Below are positions 12,445-25,319 of a stretch of DNA of 64,000 bases, piece after piece (the stretch's first letter is position 1; each line of letters begins with the position of its first letter). The translations under genes and the position numbers were made by a program. The notes under the pieces were generated by a model. It did not search any database and had not been told where the DNA came from. It saw only the letters and a program-made list of their open reading frames with translations. The stretch is from Cyanophora paradoxa CCMP329 (Eukaryota > Plantae > Glaucophyta), in contig QPMI01000200.1 in NCBI GenBank assembly GCA_004431415.1, forward strand, positions 62,001 through 126,000. The letters run 5' to 3'.

Positions 12445-14964
12445 CTAGGAGGGTTGAGGGGCGGCGGCAGCAATGATGGCCGCCTCGACGCCAGCGGGGT
12501 CCCCCCCCGCGAGGGCGAGGGCGAGGAAGTCAAGCGAGGGCATCTGCGCCGCGTGCCTCGGCGGGGGCACGGGTGCGCGTGGGGCCGAGGGAGGGCGTCG
12601 CACGACGGGCCGGCCGCGGGCGCGGAGGGCGGCGGCGAGGCGCCGGTCGGAGGTGACGAAGAGGGCGTCGGGCGCGCATCCGCCCCGCGCGATGGCTGTG
12701 AAGAGCTCGTCCGTCGTCCTGTGTTCCGGCTGCGCGAAACTGACCTGCCGCCCCGTCACGCGCCCTCGCGGCGCAGTCGCGGGGTCGGCGGGGCCGCGCC
12801 TGCAGGGAGCCCGGGGCAAGGGCGGGGGCTGTGGCCGGAACGCGCGGCGGGGGCGGAACGCGGCGGTCGAAGACGAGGCGGACGGCGCCGGCAATGCCGA
12901 GCACGGGTGCCCGCCCGCCCCGGTGCCCCCGCAGCGCCCCCGCCAGCGCGGCCTCCGCCTCCGCCGCGTGTCCCAGGAAGACCAGCCGCCGCAGACACCC
13001 GACGCTGCCCTCGCGTCAAACCGGCCTCGCGCCTGCACCCGCGGCGCAGACCAGTGCAGCAGGTTGTTGCCGTCAACGTACGCCAGCGCATACCGCGCCT
13101 CCGCGTGTGGCTGCCCCAGGGCCGGGTTTGTGGACGTCGCTGCTCCGGGGGCGCATTGCTCGGCGTCGTCGACGGCGGCGGCGCGCTCGTGCCGGCCGAT
13201 CTCGTCGCTGTAACTCGCGTCCAGCGCCTCCCCGCCGTCGGGCGCGTGCCGCGGCGCGCGCGGGGTGACCACCTGCGGCTCGTCGAGCGGCGCGCGGGGC
13301 AAGGGGCGGCGGGGCACCTTCGGGTGGGGAAGGGCGGCGGAGAGCAGCGGCCGGTAGCGCTTAGGGAGGGATCCGCGGGCGGCGTGCGCGAGCAGAAAGT
13401 CGCGGAAGAGCAGCTCCGAGAGGAGCGAGTAAGGGGCCCACATGCCGCGCCCTCCCCGGCCTCCCGCCGGCCCCTCCACCCACGCCCCCATCCCCAGCTC
13501 TCGGTACGCCTCCCGCGCCGAGACGCTGCGCCCATGTGGGCGCCCCGGGCGGCGAGGCGGGCCGGGGCGCGCGCCTTCCGAGCCGGAGGGCCGTGGAGAG
13601 CGGGTGGCGCCAGGCGGCGAGGTGAAGGCGCCAGTCGAGCGAGGCGCCCCGGAGGGCCGCGAGCGCGTCGTTCTCAAGCTCCGGCGCCGCCTCGAGGTCC
13701 AGCGCGAAGGGCCCCTCCTGCAAGCCCCTCAGCGCCACGCCCCGGGGCCCCCGTGAGCGCCTCGCACCTCTCCGCGGCCTGCATCGAGAGCGAGCCTCGC
13801 GATCACGTCCGGCCCCGGCAGCGGGCCAAAGTTCGGGGCGGCCGCTGGCGCCCGCACGAAGAGCCGCACAGCGCGACGACTGCGGCCCTCCGCCCCAAAC
13901 GACGCGCGCGGCCGCAGCAGGGACTGCTTGAAGTCCAGGAACGACGCTGGGGGCTGCTACGTGGTGAGGCAGAACCGAGATCGCGCGGCGGCCCGGGAAG
14001 TGCGCGATGGGCAGACCTCGCGAAGCTGGGGGTAGTCGGCAGGGTCGAGCAGCGTCGGCGGCTCGGAGATATTCAGCGCCACTCCGGAGGCTTTCGAAGC
14101 GGCTCGAGCCCGCTCGAGGGTATCGTCAGCGGGCAGCCCTGAGCGCCACGTCGGTGCGTTGAGCAGGGCCGAAGCCAGGGTCGGCGCCTGCTCCCTCACC
14201 GGGAGTTATGTGCACGGACGCGACCGCGCAAGAGGACGATGACGCGAGCATCCGAGGCACCACGTCCCGCGCCGGACCGACTGCCACGACCAGGTCGCTG
14301 CCGCGTTCCCGCAGGCCGCGCTGCAGCGAGCTCACTGCTCTCCTCTGATGCTCGAAGTGATCGAGCTACCGGAAGCGTTCGTCAGGCGCGCGATTTATAT
14401 GTGCTGCAGCAGTAGCCGCACCAGCATGCCCTCCAGATCTTCACGGATACGCGGGAGGGCACGGATTGCTCCTGCTGCCCGCTCGTAAGGTCTGGCGAGA
14501 CTGATCGTCAGGTCTTCCCGCACAATCTAGTTCAACACGCAATGCCTTACCGTGGATCGAAGACGTACACCTGAGCACTCATTCAGCCGGATCGCCGACT
14601 CCTGGTCAAGTCATTGCGCACCGGTACGACGGGCAGCCCAGTTTGAGCAGCGCTGATGAGGGAACTGTTATCTCTCAGCCTGCGCAAGCACGCAATCAGC
14701 TCTGCAGCTCGGCGCCGGAGGGCTTTGCAGCTGGAGCTGGACGATGCACCTCAACAACCCATCGGACACAAGGGCGATCGCACACTTGTCGCTGGCATTA
14801 GCATCGCTTGCTATTGCTCTGATCCGAACCGCGCCTCCGCTGTTACCTCGAGCTCGACACCCGCGGACACGCGGTGTGCTCAACCGCGGTCGCCCAAAAC
14901 GATCGGGTCGAAGAGGCCCTACAGATTTTCGACACGGCGCTGGAAGGCACGCACAGAAATCCAT
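12445..14964 (-). CDS. Photolyase/cryptochrome-like N-terminal region (C-terminally truncated, PHR2-like) fused to a YacP/Rae1-like NYN ribonuclease domain
   Basis: Spliced: DGLLR|[19 protein letters not shown]|VYVFDPR|...[18 protein letters not shown]...LSTALRLG|[11 protein letters not shown]...SELLFRDFL. The same open frame continues into AYVDGNNL, followed by LVFD, TTDE and FVTSDRRL. The start at 14964 is tentative. Confidence 0.78.
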
Positions 14965-15150
14965 CCGATCCAGCGGCGGCGCCGCCGCATGCGCAGCGCA
15001 GCGGCGCTCCTGCCAGCGGCGCTGTCGCCGCGCTGAGCTGTGGGGGGTACAGTCTACTTAGGTTCGCGCGAGACGCTCGCAGGGTTCGGCCCGCAACAGG
15101 AGAAGAGCGGACTCTCAGGCGTTGCATCGCTAGGCTTCAGGGCGTAGAGC

Positions 15151-18100
15151 ATGGCGTCCTCCGCCCCGGTCTTCAAGGGGAAGGGTTCGAGCGAGAGCTT
15201 CAGAGAAAAGGCCAAGGAGACGGTACGCGAGCTCTCCTAGAGCAGGCGACCGGACATGATTTGTCTCACTGCCTGCGGTCGCTTGCAGTCTGTGCGGACA
15301 TCCAACATTGTCGCCGCGAAGGGTCCGCTGGGCCGCGCCGCGCGAGCGCCGCTCCTCTGTTGGCTCTCGACTCATTGCGCCGTGTGTCGCAGCCGTTTCC
15401 GATGCCGTCCGGACGTCGCTCGGGCCAAAGGGAATGGACAAGATGGTGCGCTTCCATTTTTGCAGAGCCGGTCGCCAAGACCCGACATGTGGCCGGCCGA
15501 GCGCTTCTGTCGCACGTTGACACCATTTCCGGATCGCCGCAGGTCCAGACTGGCACTGGCGAGGTCATCATCACGAATGACGGCGCGACCATCTTGAAGC
15601 AGATGGAAGTGCTGCACCCGGCAGCAAAAATGGTGCACTAGCGGCCTGATGTCTTCCGTATTCCGATGATTTGGAGAGTTACTAAGCGCATGTGCAGCTC
15701 GTCGAACTCTCCAAGTCACAGGATGTCGAGGCGGGTGATGGCACTACCAGCGTCGTCGTCATTGCCGGCTCGCTGCTGAACGCTTGTCTTGGTCTCCTTG
15801 AGAAGGGTTCGTCGGCTCGTGGCTCCGTCGCGTACGCGCCGCAGGCGTGGTACTGAGGTCTCGCCAGGCATCCACGCGAGCGTGATCTCGGAGGCCTTTG
15901 GCAAGGCCGCAGATAAGGCGGATCAGATTCTCACTAGCATCGCGCAAAAGGTCGACCTGTCGGACCGCGAATCCCTTCTCAAGAGCGCTTCCACCTCCCT
16001 CAACTCCAAGGTGCGGTCTCGCATGTGTCCGCCTTTACGCCTTTCCCTGCTTCTGGAAGGATGGTAATAAACTATAACTTAAGACGTCCTAGCCACGAGC
16101 TGGTGACACAATGGTTTCACAATTGCTGACCCCAGAACACTCCCCGGAATGCTTTCTCGCTGCCTAGCACGTCGCTTCCTGACCAGCTCTTGTTTTTCTC
16201 CTGGCAGGTCGTGTCCCAGAACTCTGCTCAACTCTCTCCCCTCGCCGTGGACGCCGTTCTGCGCGTCATCGATCCGTCCGCCGCAACGAATGTCGACCTC
16301 CGCGACATCCGGGTGCGCTCCGCACTTCACGGAGCGGGAGCCTGTCTCATGCGAAGCGCGCGCAGATCGTCAAGAAGCTTGGTGGCACGGTCGACGACAC
16401 GGAGCTCGTCGACGGCATTGTCTTCACTCAGAAAGCCAGCCACGCCGCAGGTGCGCCCTCATCCCTGCGCTCCGCCAGCGGCCTGTGCTGCGGCTTCTTC
16501 TTGAATTAGCTAATGTTTGTTTGAATGTCGGTCTGGCCGCGCTAACTTTGGCGCGTGCGCAGGGGGCCCGACTCGAATCCAGAACTGCAAGATCGGCCTC
16601 ATCCAGTTCTGCCTGTCGGCTCCCAAGACCGACGTGCGCACCCGTGAGTACGCCACGGCTGTCCTGCGCTTGACCTCCAGCGACAGATGGAGAACAACGT
16701 CGTGGTGAACGACTATCAGCAGATGGACCGCATCCTTCGGGAAGAGCGGGATTACATCCTGAAGATGTGCAAGAAGATCCAGAAGGCTGGCTGCAACGTC
16801 CTCCTCATCCAGAAGTCGATCCTGCGCGACGCCGTGAACGACTACTCCCTCCACTTCCTCGCCAAGATGAAGGCGCGCCCGGGAGCCCCCGCCGGGAGGG
16901 GAGGCGAGGGCGTCTGAGGCTCGGCGGCGCAGATCGCGGTGGTGAAGGACATCGAGCGGGACGAGATCGAGTTCATTTGCAAGACGCTCGGCTGCCTGCC
17001 GATCGCCTCCATCGACTCGTTCGCCCCGGAGCGCCTCGGCAAGGCTGACCTCTTTGAGGAGGTCTCCACCACCGATGGCAAGATCGTCAAGGCAATTCCC
17101 GCCCTACGCCCATACCCCCGTTCCTCACGCGTCGCAGATCACCGGCGTGCCGAATCCCGGCCGCACTGTCTCCGTCCTCGTCCGGGGCTCGAACAAGCTC
17201 GTGCGACCTCCCCCCCGAGAGCCGTCGTACCGCCCGTGCCGAGCCGGTGCAGATGATCGACGAGGCGGATCGCTCTCTTCACGACGCGCTGTGCGTCATC
17301 CGCTGCCTCGTCAAAAAGCGTTTCCTCGTCGCCGGCGGCGGCGCCCCCGAAATCGAGGCCCGCCTCGTCGCGCGCCCTGTCCCTGCGCCGTGCCGAGCCA
17401 GCTCGCGCAGGTGTCGCAGCAGCTTGCGGAGTGGGCGAAGACCCTACCCGGGATGGAGAGCTTCTGCGTGCGGGCCTTCGCCGACGCGATGGAGATCGGT
17501 GCGCCGCCTCGACCAGCCTGCCCCCGACCCCCTCTAAACGTTGACGCAGTGCCGTACACACTGGCGGAGAACGCCGGTCTGAACCCGATCCAAATAGTCA
17601 CCGAGCTCCGCAACAGGCACATAAACGGCGAGAAGACCGCCGGCATCAACGTCCGCAAGGTCCGCCCCCCAAGCCGCCCCCGTCGAACCCCGCATCTTTT
17701 TATCTGCGGGGCACATTGCTCTTGGTAGCAGTTGGGCTTCCGTTAAATACAGATGCCAAAGCGAGCAAGTGCGGGCTCTGCACGCGGCTCCGCCGGTTCT
17801 TGGCGCCGCGAATGTTTTTCCCGCTTGACAGACCAGCGACCTTGCCCTAGAACTTACCTCCTATCCCCCCGTTTTTTATATCGATGAGCGGTTTTGTCGT
17901 ATTTTTATTTCTACTTCCCTGTGGCGAATCGCATCCGCCCCTTTGGAGTGTGCCCGCTTTTCATCTTACTCGTCTGGCAGGGCTGCATCACGAACATCCT
18001 GGAGGAGAACGTAGTGCAGCCGCTGCTCGTATCCACTAGCGCGATCAAGCTGGCGACCGAGACCGTCCGCATGATCCTTAAGATCGACGACATCGTGAGG

Positions 18101-18161
18101 CCATCCCCCTCGGCGCACTGGCCTCCCGCTGACGCCTGCCTCCCAGGTCGCGGTACGATGA
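15151..18161 (+). CDS. CCT4: T-complex protein 1 subunit delta; 17 exons
   Basis: Spliced: [27 protein letters not shown]...TNDGATIL...[13 protein letters not shown]...[35 protein letters not shown]...[11 protein letters not shown]. Confidence 0.96.
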
Positions 18162-19007
18162 GTCTCGCCCCCGCTTGTAGCTCTAGTGCAGAAATTGCGT
18201 GTGCTAGTCGTGAGCACATCCAGTTCCCCCGGCGTTCAGTAATTTGCGGCGCTTTTCAGCAACACAACGCTTGAATTCGTTCGTGGGCTTTGATTTTTGG
18301 AGCACACCTTGAGAACGGTAGCCCAGTGGAGGCGGGCTTTAGTAAAATTGTCCCTGCGGCAAGAGTGGCCTTGGGGTCTTGGGGCTTCAAGGCGAGAGAG
18401 GGGCCCCTCTTTTGTTTTTAAACGGCGGGGGGGGGGGGGGGGCCATGCCATTGGCCACATGGACCGGGCCATGATGATGCCGCAACGGCTTTGGCACCCG
18501 GTGACCGGGCCGCTCGGCCGCGGCATGGGCGGATCGATCCGATGATCAGAAGTGTTATAATTAGCTGCCAGGCTGCATGCAGGCCGATTTAATTTGCAAG
18601 CTGCCCGGCCGCCGGGCCGCCGGGCCTGCAGCTGGCGGACAAGCTCCGAGCCTCGCCGAGCTCGAGAGTACTAGAGTACTAGTCCGACCGTCGGACGCCC
18701 GGCCGTGACGGTCGGAGGCTCAGCGGCTCGGAGGACTCTGATTTCGTCACGGCGTCGACATCCGATGATCCCGCGGCCGGGACCGGCCTGGCGGGGGAAT
18801 TAAATCAAATTAAAGGTCGTTCTTCCCCAACTTGCCGCATTGACAGCATGCACATGCGCAGCTGCTCATCATAGTCATCACTACTGCTGCGAGGCTCTTG
18901 AGTCATTGATATCCGATGATTACCTCCTTCAAAAAATGTGAAACTCACCTATATATGTAACAGATCTAGAGGCTGCCCTAGTGGGGCTACATAGCACATT
19001 CTGCGGC

Positions 19008-21119
19008 CTAGCCGGCCTTGGAAGCGGCGGCGGCAGGGCGCTTGATGAGGTGGGCGGGGCGGGCCTTCATGGGCTGCCTTTCGGGCTCGCCCACATCCTC
19101 CGCGCCCTGCCTGTCGCTCTCCCCGTCCGACTCGTAGCCCGTCGCCGCCGTCGACCCGTCTGCCTGGTTCTCTCCGAGGACGGCAGGCCCGCCCTCGCTC
19201 ACAGCTTGCGCCTCCCGCGCCCGCTCCTCCTTTCCGGCCTGGAGAGTCGCCTGGAGAGTCTGCGGCGTCGTGAGGCAGCAAGTCGCCTCGCGGAGAGGAG
19301 GGGGCGGGGCCAGCGGACCGCCTCGTACTCCCTCGTAAACTTGACGAAGTAGTAGTTGGCGCCGTTGTACGTGCCCCAGATGAGGACCGCTGCGCCGCGT
19401 CAAGCGCCAGCCCCGCCGAGCAGGGGGAGGGGCGGAGCGCGGCTCACAGAGGAGGTAGAGGAGGTGGAGCCAGAAGTAGCGGAAGAGGAGGAACCCCGGC
19501 AGCATGCAGAGGACTGTCGGGGCGCGGCGCGGACCCCGGGCCGTCAGCGGGGCACCGCGCTGGGCGCGGCCCCCGCGCGCACATGTGTAGGCGAATTGCA
19601 GCCACATGTACATAATCAGCACGGCCCCGCGCCCGCGCTTCGCGTACTTGGCGCAGGTGCGGCCAACGTAAGTCTGCGGGGACGGTCAGCACTGCGCGCG
19701 GGGGCGGGGGGGGGGGGGGGGGGGGAGGGGGGGCGGAGGGGGGGGAGGGGGGGGGGGGTGCTGGCCCGAGTGTCGGAGGTGAGCCAGCGGAAGGAGGTCT
19801 GAAGCTCGGGGTCGCTCTCTAGCTTCGAGCCGTCCATGACGTCCGTCTTCAGCCAGTACAGCAGCTGCCACCCCGCGTACGCCACGACCGGGTACACGAT
19901 CGCCGCTGCCCCGCGCTAAGCGCCCGGCCGCCCGCCACCGCGCGGCGCGCACCGCTGAAAGAGAGCCACGCGCCGGGCGTCTCCTCGACGACGAAGCCCT
20001 CGGGGGTGAACCAGCGGAGCGAGAAGGTGACTGCGGCACGTCAGCGAGCAGCGTCCCGGCGCGCCGGCGGGGGGCAGGACCGAGCGGGGGGAACGCGTGG
20101 ATGAACATGGAGGTTATTTTATCGATATCGTGGAAGACCAACGAGTTGCGCCACGTCGGGATCGCCATCCCCAGCGGGCCGTTGATCGACACGAATACAG
20201 TCTGCCGCGGGGTCGGGCACGGCGCGGGCGGGGTCCGGGCGGGCGCGCCTGGAAGAGCAGAGGGCTGCGCGGCATGCAAAAGATGTTGAAGAGGAGGAGG
20301 ACCTGCACGAAGTAGCAGAAGTCCTGCGCCCCTCCGTCGGCGCCCGGATCGGGTACCGGGCAGGCCCCACGCACGAGCATAAAGTAGTGCCATTTCTGCG
20401 GGTGGTAATTAATGTACCGAAGCGCCATAAGCTGCGGAAGCCGTCAGCCCGGGCCTTGCGAGGCACTGCGCTGCTCTGCGCGGCGCGGCGCGGACTCACC
20501 GGGGCCAGAGTGAGCAGATACCATATGTAGAAGCGGGATGGGGAGTGGACGAGGATGAACTCTGTGAGGCACAGAAAGATAACTCCGGCGCAGAAGACGA
20601 CCTGCAGCGCGCTCAAACGCCGCGGCGAGCGGCGGTCTGCCGACGGACCTTGTCGACGACACGTTGGTACGTCCCCAGCTTTTTGACGATCTTGTCGCGC
20701 TGCGCGACGTGCGAGGATCGACGTAATGACCAGCGCGCTCGCGTAGACGAGCACCTTGTCCTCTACCAGAGCGTGGAGAGCTTGCCTGCGCATGAATCGG
20801 ATCTCACTGCGGCAGGGGCAGTCTATGCATGCTCGTTGGGAATATCAGCGCACCTTCGCTTCCGTAGTTCGGTCCGTAACCGGCCTCTCCTATGCAGCGA
20901 TAGTCTTTCTCGAAGCCTCGCGTGCTCCTCCTGCAGCCCCGCGCGCAACGAGGCGGGTAGATTCGGAAGTGCCTCGAGGCGGTCGAACGATGCCTTGAGC
21001 TGCGAGCAGATATGAGCGAAACAGACCGGGGCGCCGCAGGCCGGACGCACTTCCTTCTCGTCCCCGTGCGCGCCAGCGTCCCGCTCTATTCGCGCGACCG
21101 TAGACGCTGCTTCCTCCAT
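19008..21119 (-). CDS. GPC1: Glycerophosphocholine acyltransferase (GPC1/DUF2838 family), multi-pass membrane protein
   Basis: Exons encode KWHYFML|DFCYFVQ, NGPLGMAIPTWRNSLVFHDIDKITSMFIHAFPP and ELQTSFRWL, which are family motifs. Confidence 0.85.
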
Positions 21120-21282
21120 CGCCGGCTAAATTGCGTCGTTGCAAGGAAGTGTGTGGGAGTACCCCTTGTGAGCGTCCCCGGACTGCTGCTTCCGACGCCC
21201 TGCGGCACGCGCGCGCCGGCCTTCGAAGCATCGCACTTGCTGTAGCTAACATGGCGTGCTCATTAGCAACGGAAGATTGAGC

Positions 21283-24200
21283 ATGGACGGCCCCAGCGGC
21301 TGTAAGCGTAGCTAGGCTAATATGCTGCTACACACAGAACACAACACCACGCGCCGCGCGCTATGCACGTCGTGCGGACAGGACCTAGCAGATCTCGGGG
21401 TCGTGGAGCGACAGCGCCATCTCAATCGCTGCCTCTCAACAGTCCGCACAGGGCCCCCACCAGTTGTTCGCGTTCGCGCCGCGGACAGGACCGAGCAAGG
21501 TGAGCTCCTGGTGTGCCTTGTGAGCGCTTCTAAGAAGCTTTTCGCAGAGAAGCGCGAGCGCGAGCGAAAGGAGGATGAGAGGGGCGCACAGGTCGCGTTC
21601 GCAAAGGCTCTCATGCAGCTGGATGGCGCCCTGCTTGCATCCTGTCCAGTGTGTGCTAAGGATCTCGGGAGGACCATGGAGAAGAACCGGTGCTGACTCC
21701 GGCCTTGCCTGCCAAACTGGCGCTCACCTCCGCAGCAGGGCAACGCACGTACGCGGGCAAGCATGCGTTTCAGCTCCAAAGACACATTTCTCGGCGCGTT
21801 GACTTACTTCCGGGCAACACAGATGTGCGAAGAAGGCGAATGCGGACTTGAGAGTGCTGGCCGAGAAGCTAGTGGCGGCATCGGCACGCTTGGCCGAACG
21901 CGGCTTGTCCTCCCCCAGCTTCCTCTGCCGCGAGGAGGCACCTGGAATCAGTCACGCGGAAGGCGACGCCGGCGCCTCGCCCCACATCACCGCGAACCAG
22001 GCTGGCTCGGACGGAAGAGACGGGGCTGCGGAATCGCTGGCGGCCCGAAATCGTACGCTCGACATCGGACGCCATGTCTTTCGCTCCGGCGAAGCCGGGC
22101 AAAGGCTCAGCAAGTTCCAACAAGGGGCACCGTCCTCCCGCAAACCCATCACGTCACCTCTCGGAGCCGTCGGCGCGTCGCTCCCACCCGTGCTGCGTGC
22201 CCCTTCAACTGAGTGCGGGGGTACAGAAGACACGGCGCAGCAGGAGGCTCTGGAGCTAGAGACAGTCTCGCCGGCCCCGGATCCTGCGTCTGCCTCGCGC
22301 AGCGTCGGCCCCACAGAACCTCCTCGCCTCGACACCGCTGAACCTCAAGAACACCCAGGTTCTTCACCGGGCCCCGGGCGGGACCCGCCCTCCCCTACAC
22401 CTGCCGCCGCCACCGCCGCCGCCGCCGCCGCCCGCCGCATCTCTTCTCCCATGCCGAGCCCAATGCCCGGCCGCAACAAGAAAGTCCAAGAGAGTGACCG
22501 ACTCGAGGAATGTTCCCTGCTTGGAGCGAATCGCAGGCAAAAAGTGCGCCGCGCCGGCCATGCGTCTGCGGGCTACCCTAGGCCCTCCCGACTCGAGTCG
22601 CGCGCAGCGGGCAAGGCCGGAGCCGTCCGGCAAGGCACGAGCGAAGGTGACGGCGGCTTCGGCGGAAGAGTCGAAGGAGAACTGCAGCCACCCCCCGGAC
22701 GCGGAGCAGGGGGCGGGGAGACCGCAGAGGCGGGCGGCGAAGCGGGGCCGGCGGCAGGTCCCCGGCCTGGCCGGCGGCACTGCCGGCACCGCCATCGACC
22801 TCGACCGGCGCCAGGCCGCCGCCGGCGCGCCCTGGGGGCTCACTCCCGCGCCCCGCTCGCCCGCCCTGCGCGACTCGGAGCCGCCGAGCGGGACGCCCCC
22901 CCTCCCGGCGAGTGGATTTGCGGGGGGAGAGGCCTGCGGCGAGGCGGCTGCCGCGCTGGGGGGCCGCCTGGCGAAGGAGCAGGGGGCCACGCTGTGGGGC
23001 CTCTCGACGGGGGCGGCGGACGAGGGGCAGCACTACGCGCGGTGCCGCCCCGGCTGCGCGTACCGATCCCTGCTCCTGCGCACGCGCCCCTCTCTCCTCC
23101 CGCCCCTCGCCTACGAGAGCCCGCCCCGCGACTCCCGGGCCTCGGGGGCGGCCCCCGACGGGGTCCCGGGCCCCCGCGGCTCGGGCTGCTCAGGGCTTTC
23201 TGACGGGCGCGGCCGCCTGTCGGAGCTAGTGGCGGCCCTGGGGCCCGACCCCGCCGGCGAGGCCTGCGACGAGGGCGGGCCCTCCGAGCCCTCCACGGAG
23301 GCGGAGGGGGCGGAGCCCGAGGAGGAGGCGGAGGCGGAGGCCGCGGAGGCGGCGCTCGCGCGGAATCCGGCGGCCGACGGGGGCGCCGAGGGGCGCGCCC
23401 TCGCGCGCCTGCGGGCCGCGCGCGCCGCCGCGGAGGCCCGCGCCGAGGCCGACATCGCTGCCGCCCGCGCCCAGTGCGAGCGGGAGGCGCGCCGCCCGCC
23501 TCCCCGCCCCGCGCCTCCGACGCCCCGCCGACGCGCCGCGACAGGTCGCCGCAGCGGAGGCCGCGTACAAGCGGCGCGTCGCCCGCCTCCGCGTCCGCCG
23601 CGGCGAGCTCCGCGCCGAGGAGGTGCCCCTCGTGGCGCGGCGATCCCGGGGGTCCCTCACGGCGGCGCAGGAGACCCTGCGGCGTGCATCGGAGCGGGCG
23701 GCGGCGGCGGTAGAGGAGCGGGCGCTGCGCGAATGGGACCCCGACGCGTGGCCCATAGAGGCTCGTCCCAGGGCCGCCGCCGAGTGTGAGAGAGCGAGGA
23801 GTTCCGCCGCTGATCACCGGCCGCAGGTCGAGCTGCCGGAGGAGCTGCACACGGGGGAGGCTTCCGCCGAGGCGCCCGTCCCTCTGGAGGCGGAGGAGGC
23901 GGAGGAGGGCGCGCTGGCGCTCGAGTCTGGGGGCGAGCTGCCGCGCGCATGCGCAAACGCTTGCGAAGAAGACCTCCGCTGCGGCGCCCGAGGACTGACG
24001 GGGCGGGGCGAGCTCGAGTCGTCTCCTTCGCGCGCCGCAACGGGGCGAGCGGTGCCGGTGCGAGAGGAAGTGTCGTGCCGGAAGGAACTGGCGGACCCAC
24101 CGGTGAGGGCGCTCTCGGCCGACGCGATGGTGCGGGGCCCCACGCAGGGCGGCGGCGCGGAGCTGAGAGCGAGAGCGTGCAGGAGCTCGGGCGAGGACCG

Positions 24201-25319
24201 GGAGCCGACGCGTGGGACGAGGAGCCGTCCCTCGGCGGCGTGCCGCGCAGCCTGGAGCTCGTGCCCCAGCGCCACTCCCCTTCGGCCCGGAGCCCGCCCC
24301 GCCCGCCTCCCTGCGTGCAGCCGCGCACGTGGCCCTCCCCATACCCTCCCTGGCCCCCCACCGGTGCGGAACCGGTAGTGGCCGAGGGGGGCATCACCGA
24401 GGCGGCCACTTGCGAGTCCCCCCTGCGATGCCCGCGCAGTCGCCTCTGCCACTCCTTCTACCTCGACGTCTCTCCGCCCTCTCCCGCGGCCGCCGGCGTC
24501 AGCCCGATGCTGCCCGCCCCAGCTTTGCCTCAAGCCAGCCCGGCCGAGCGCCGCTCTTGGATCAGCACATGGGGATCCGGTTCGCCAAGGGGCGGCCCGG
24601 CTGGGGACCGGGGTGAGGATGCCGGGCGGCGGGCCTCGCAGGGTACTCCCGATTTCGAGCGGATGCCGTTGTCCGAGCTGAAGGTTCGCCGCTGTTTTTC
24701 CGCGCCCACCGCTGGCGCTTATGCTCGACATATAGGCGCACTACAAGCGAACAGGCTTGCGCCCTGGCCCCGAAGCGTACATGCGTGCGAAGCTCCGGCA
24801 GATTATGCTCGATCAGAGCATCCCGTCCTCCGTTCCCGCCCTAGGCCCGGGCCCTGCCCGCGCCGCTCCTCGTCCATCTCCCTCGAGGACCCGTGACCAG
24901 AAGTAGTTCCATCTCCCTCGAGGACCCGTGACCAGAAGTAGTTTCGTCGCAGAGTTACCAAGTTAGGCAGAAGTGCCACGGTGGGTCGAAATGCACTGCA
25001 CTGAGTACCGTCAAGGACGGCGTGGATGCAGTCGCGCGGCGGCCCCCCATCCCATTCGAATCTAGCGGTTCGGAAATCGTTTGAAGTTCGAGCCCGTTTC
25101 CCTTCAGCCTCGCTGGCTCCGCGTAAGACACTGAGAATGGCGACTCGGAACTTAACAATGGCTCGGCAAATCCGGACAAGGGCTCGGCGCGGGGTCTGCT
25201 TGCCGCCAGCCTGGGGAGGCCAGAGGACTCAGCGGTTGCAGCAGGTGAGCGTCCGCCATACAGTCGGCGCCCATGCTCTAGTCGATCTCCCGCTCGGCAG
25301 GCTGATCTACACCGCTTAG
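21283..25319 (+). CDS. Putative SLX4-like DNA-repair scaffold (tandem UBZ-type zinc fingers, low-complexity middle, SAP-like domain); boundaries approximate
   Basis: N-terminal CTSCGQDL...RQRHLNRCL and CPVCAKDL. C-terminal TPDFERMPLSELK|AHYKRTGLRPGPEAYMRAKLRQI resembles the SLX4 SAP motif. A 35-bp tandem duplication lies at ~24875-24942. Confidence 0.5.

Noticed and set aside
12373-14142. 589-aa plus-strand ORF (and similar long Arg/Gly/Pro/Ala-rich ORFs such as 22840-24342, 36947-38980 and 57529-59214)
   Set aside because: Antisense or off-frame shadows of real genes in very GC-rich DNA; no motifs.
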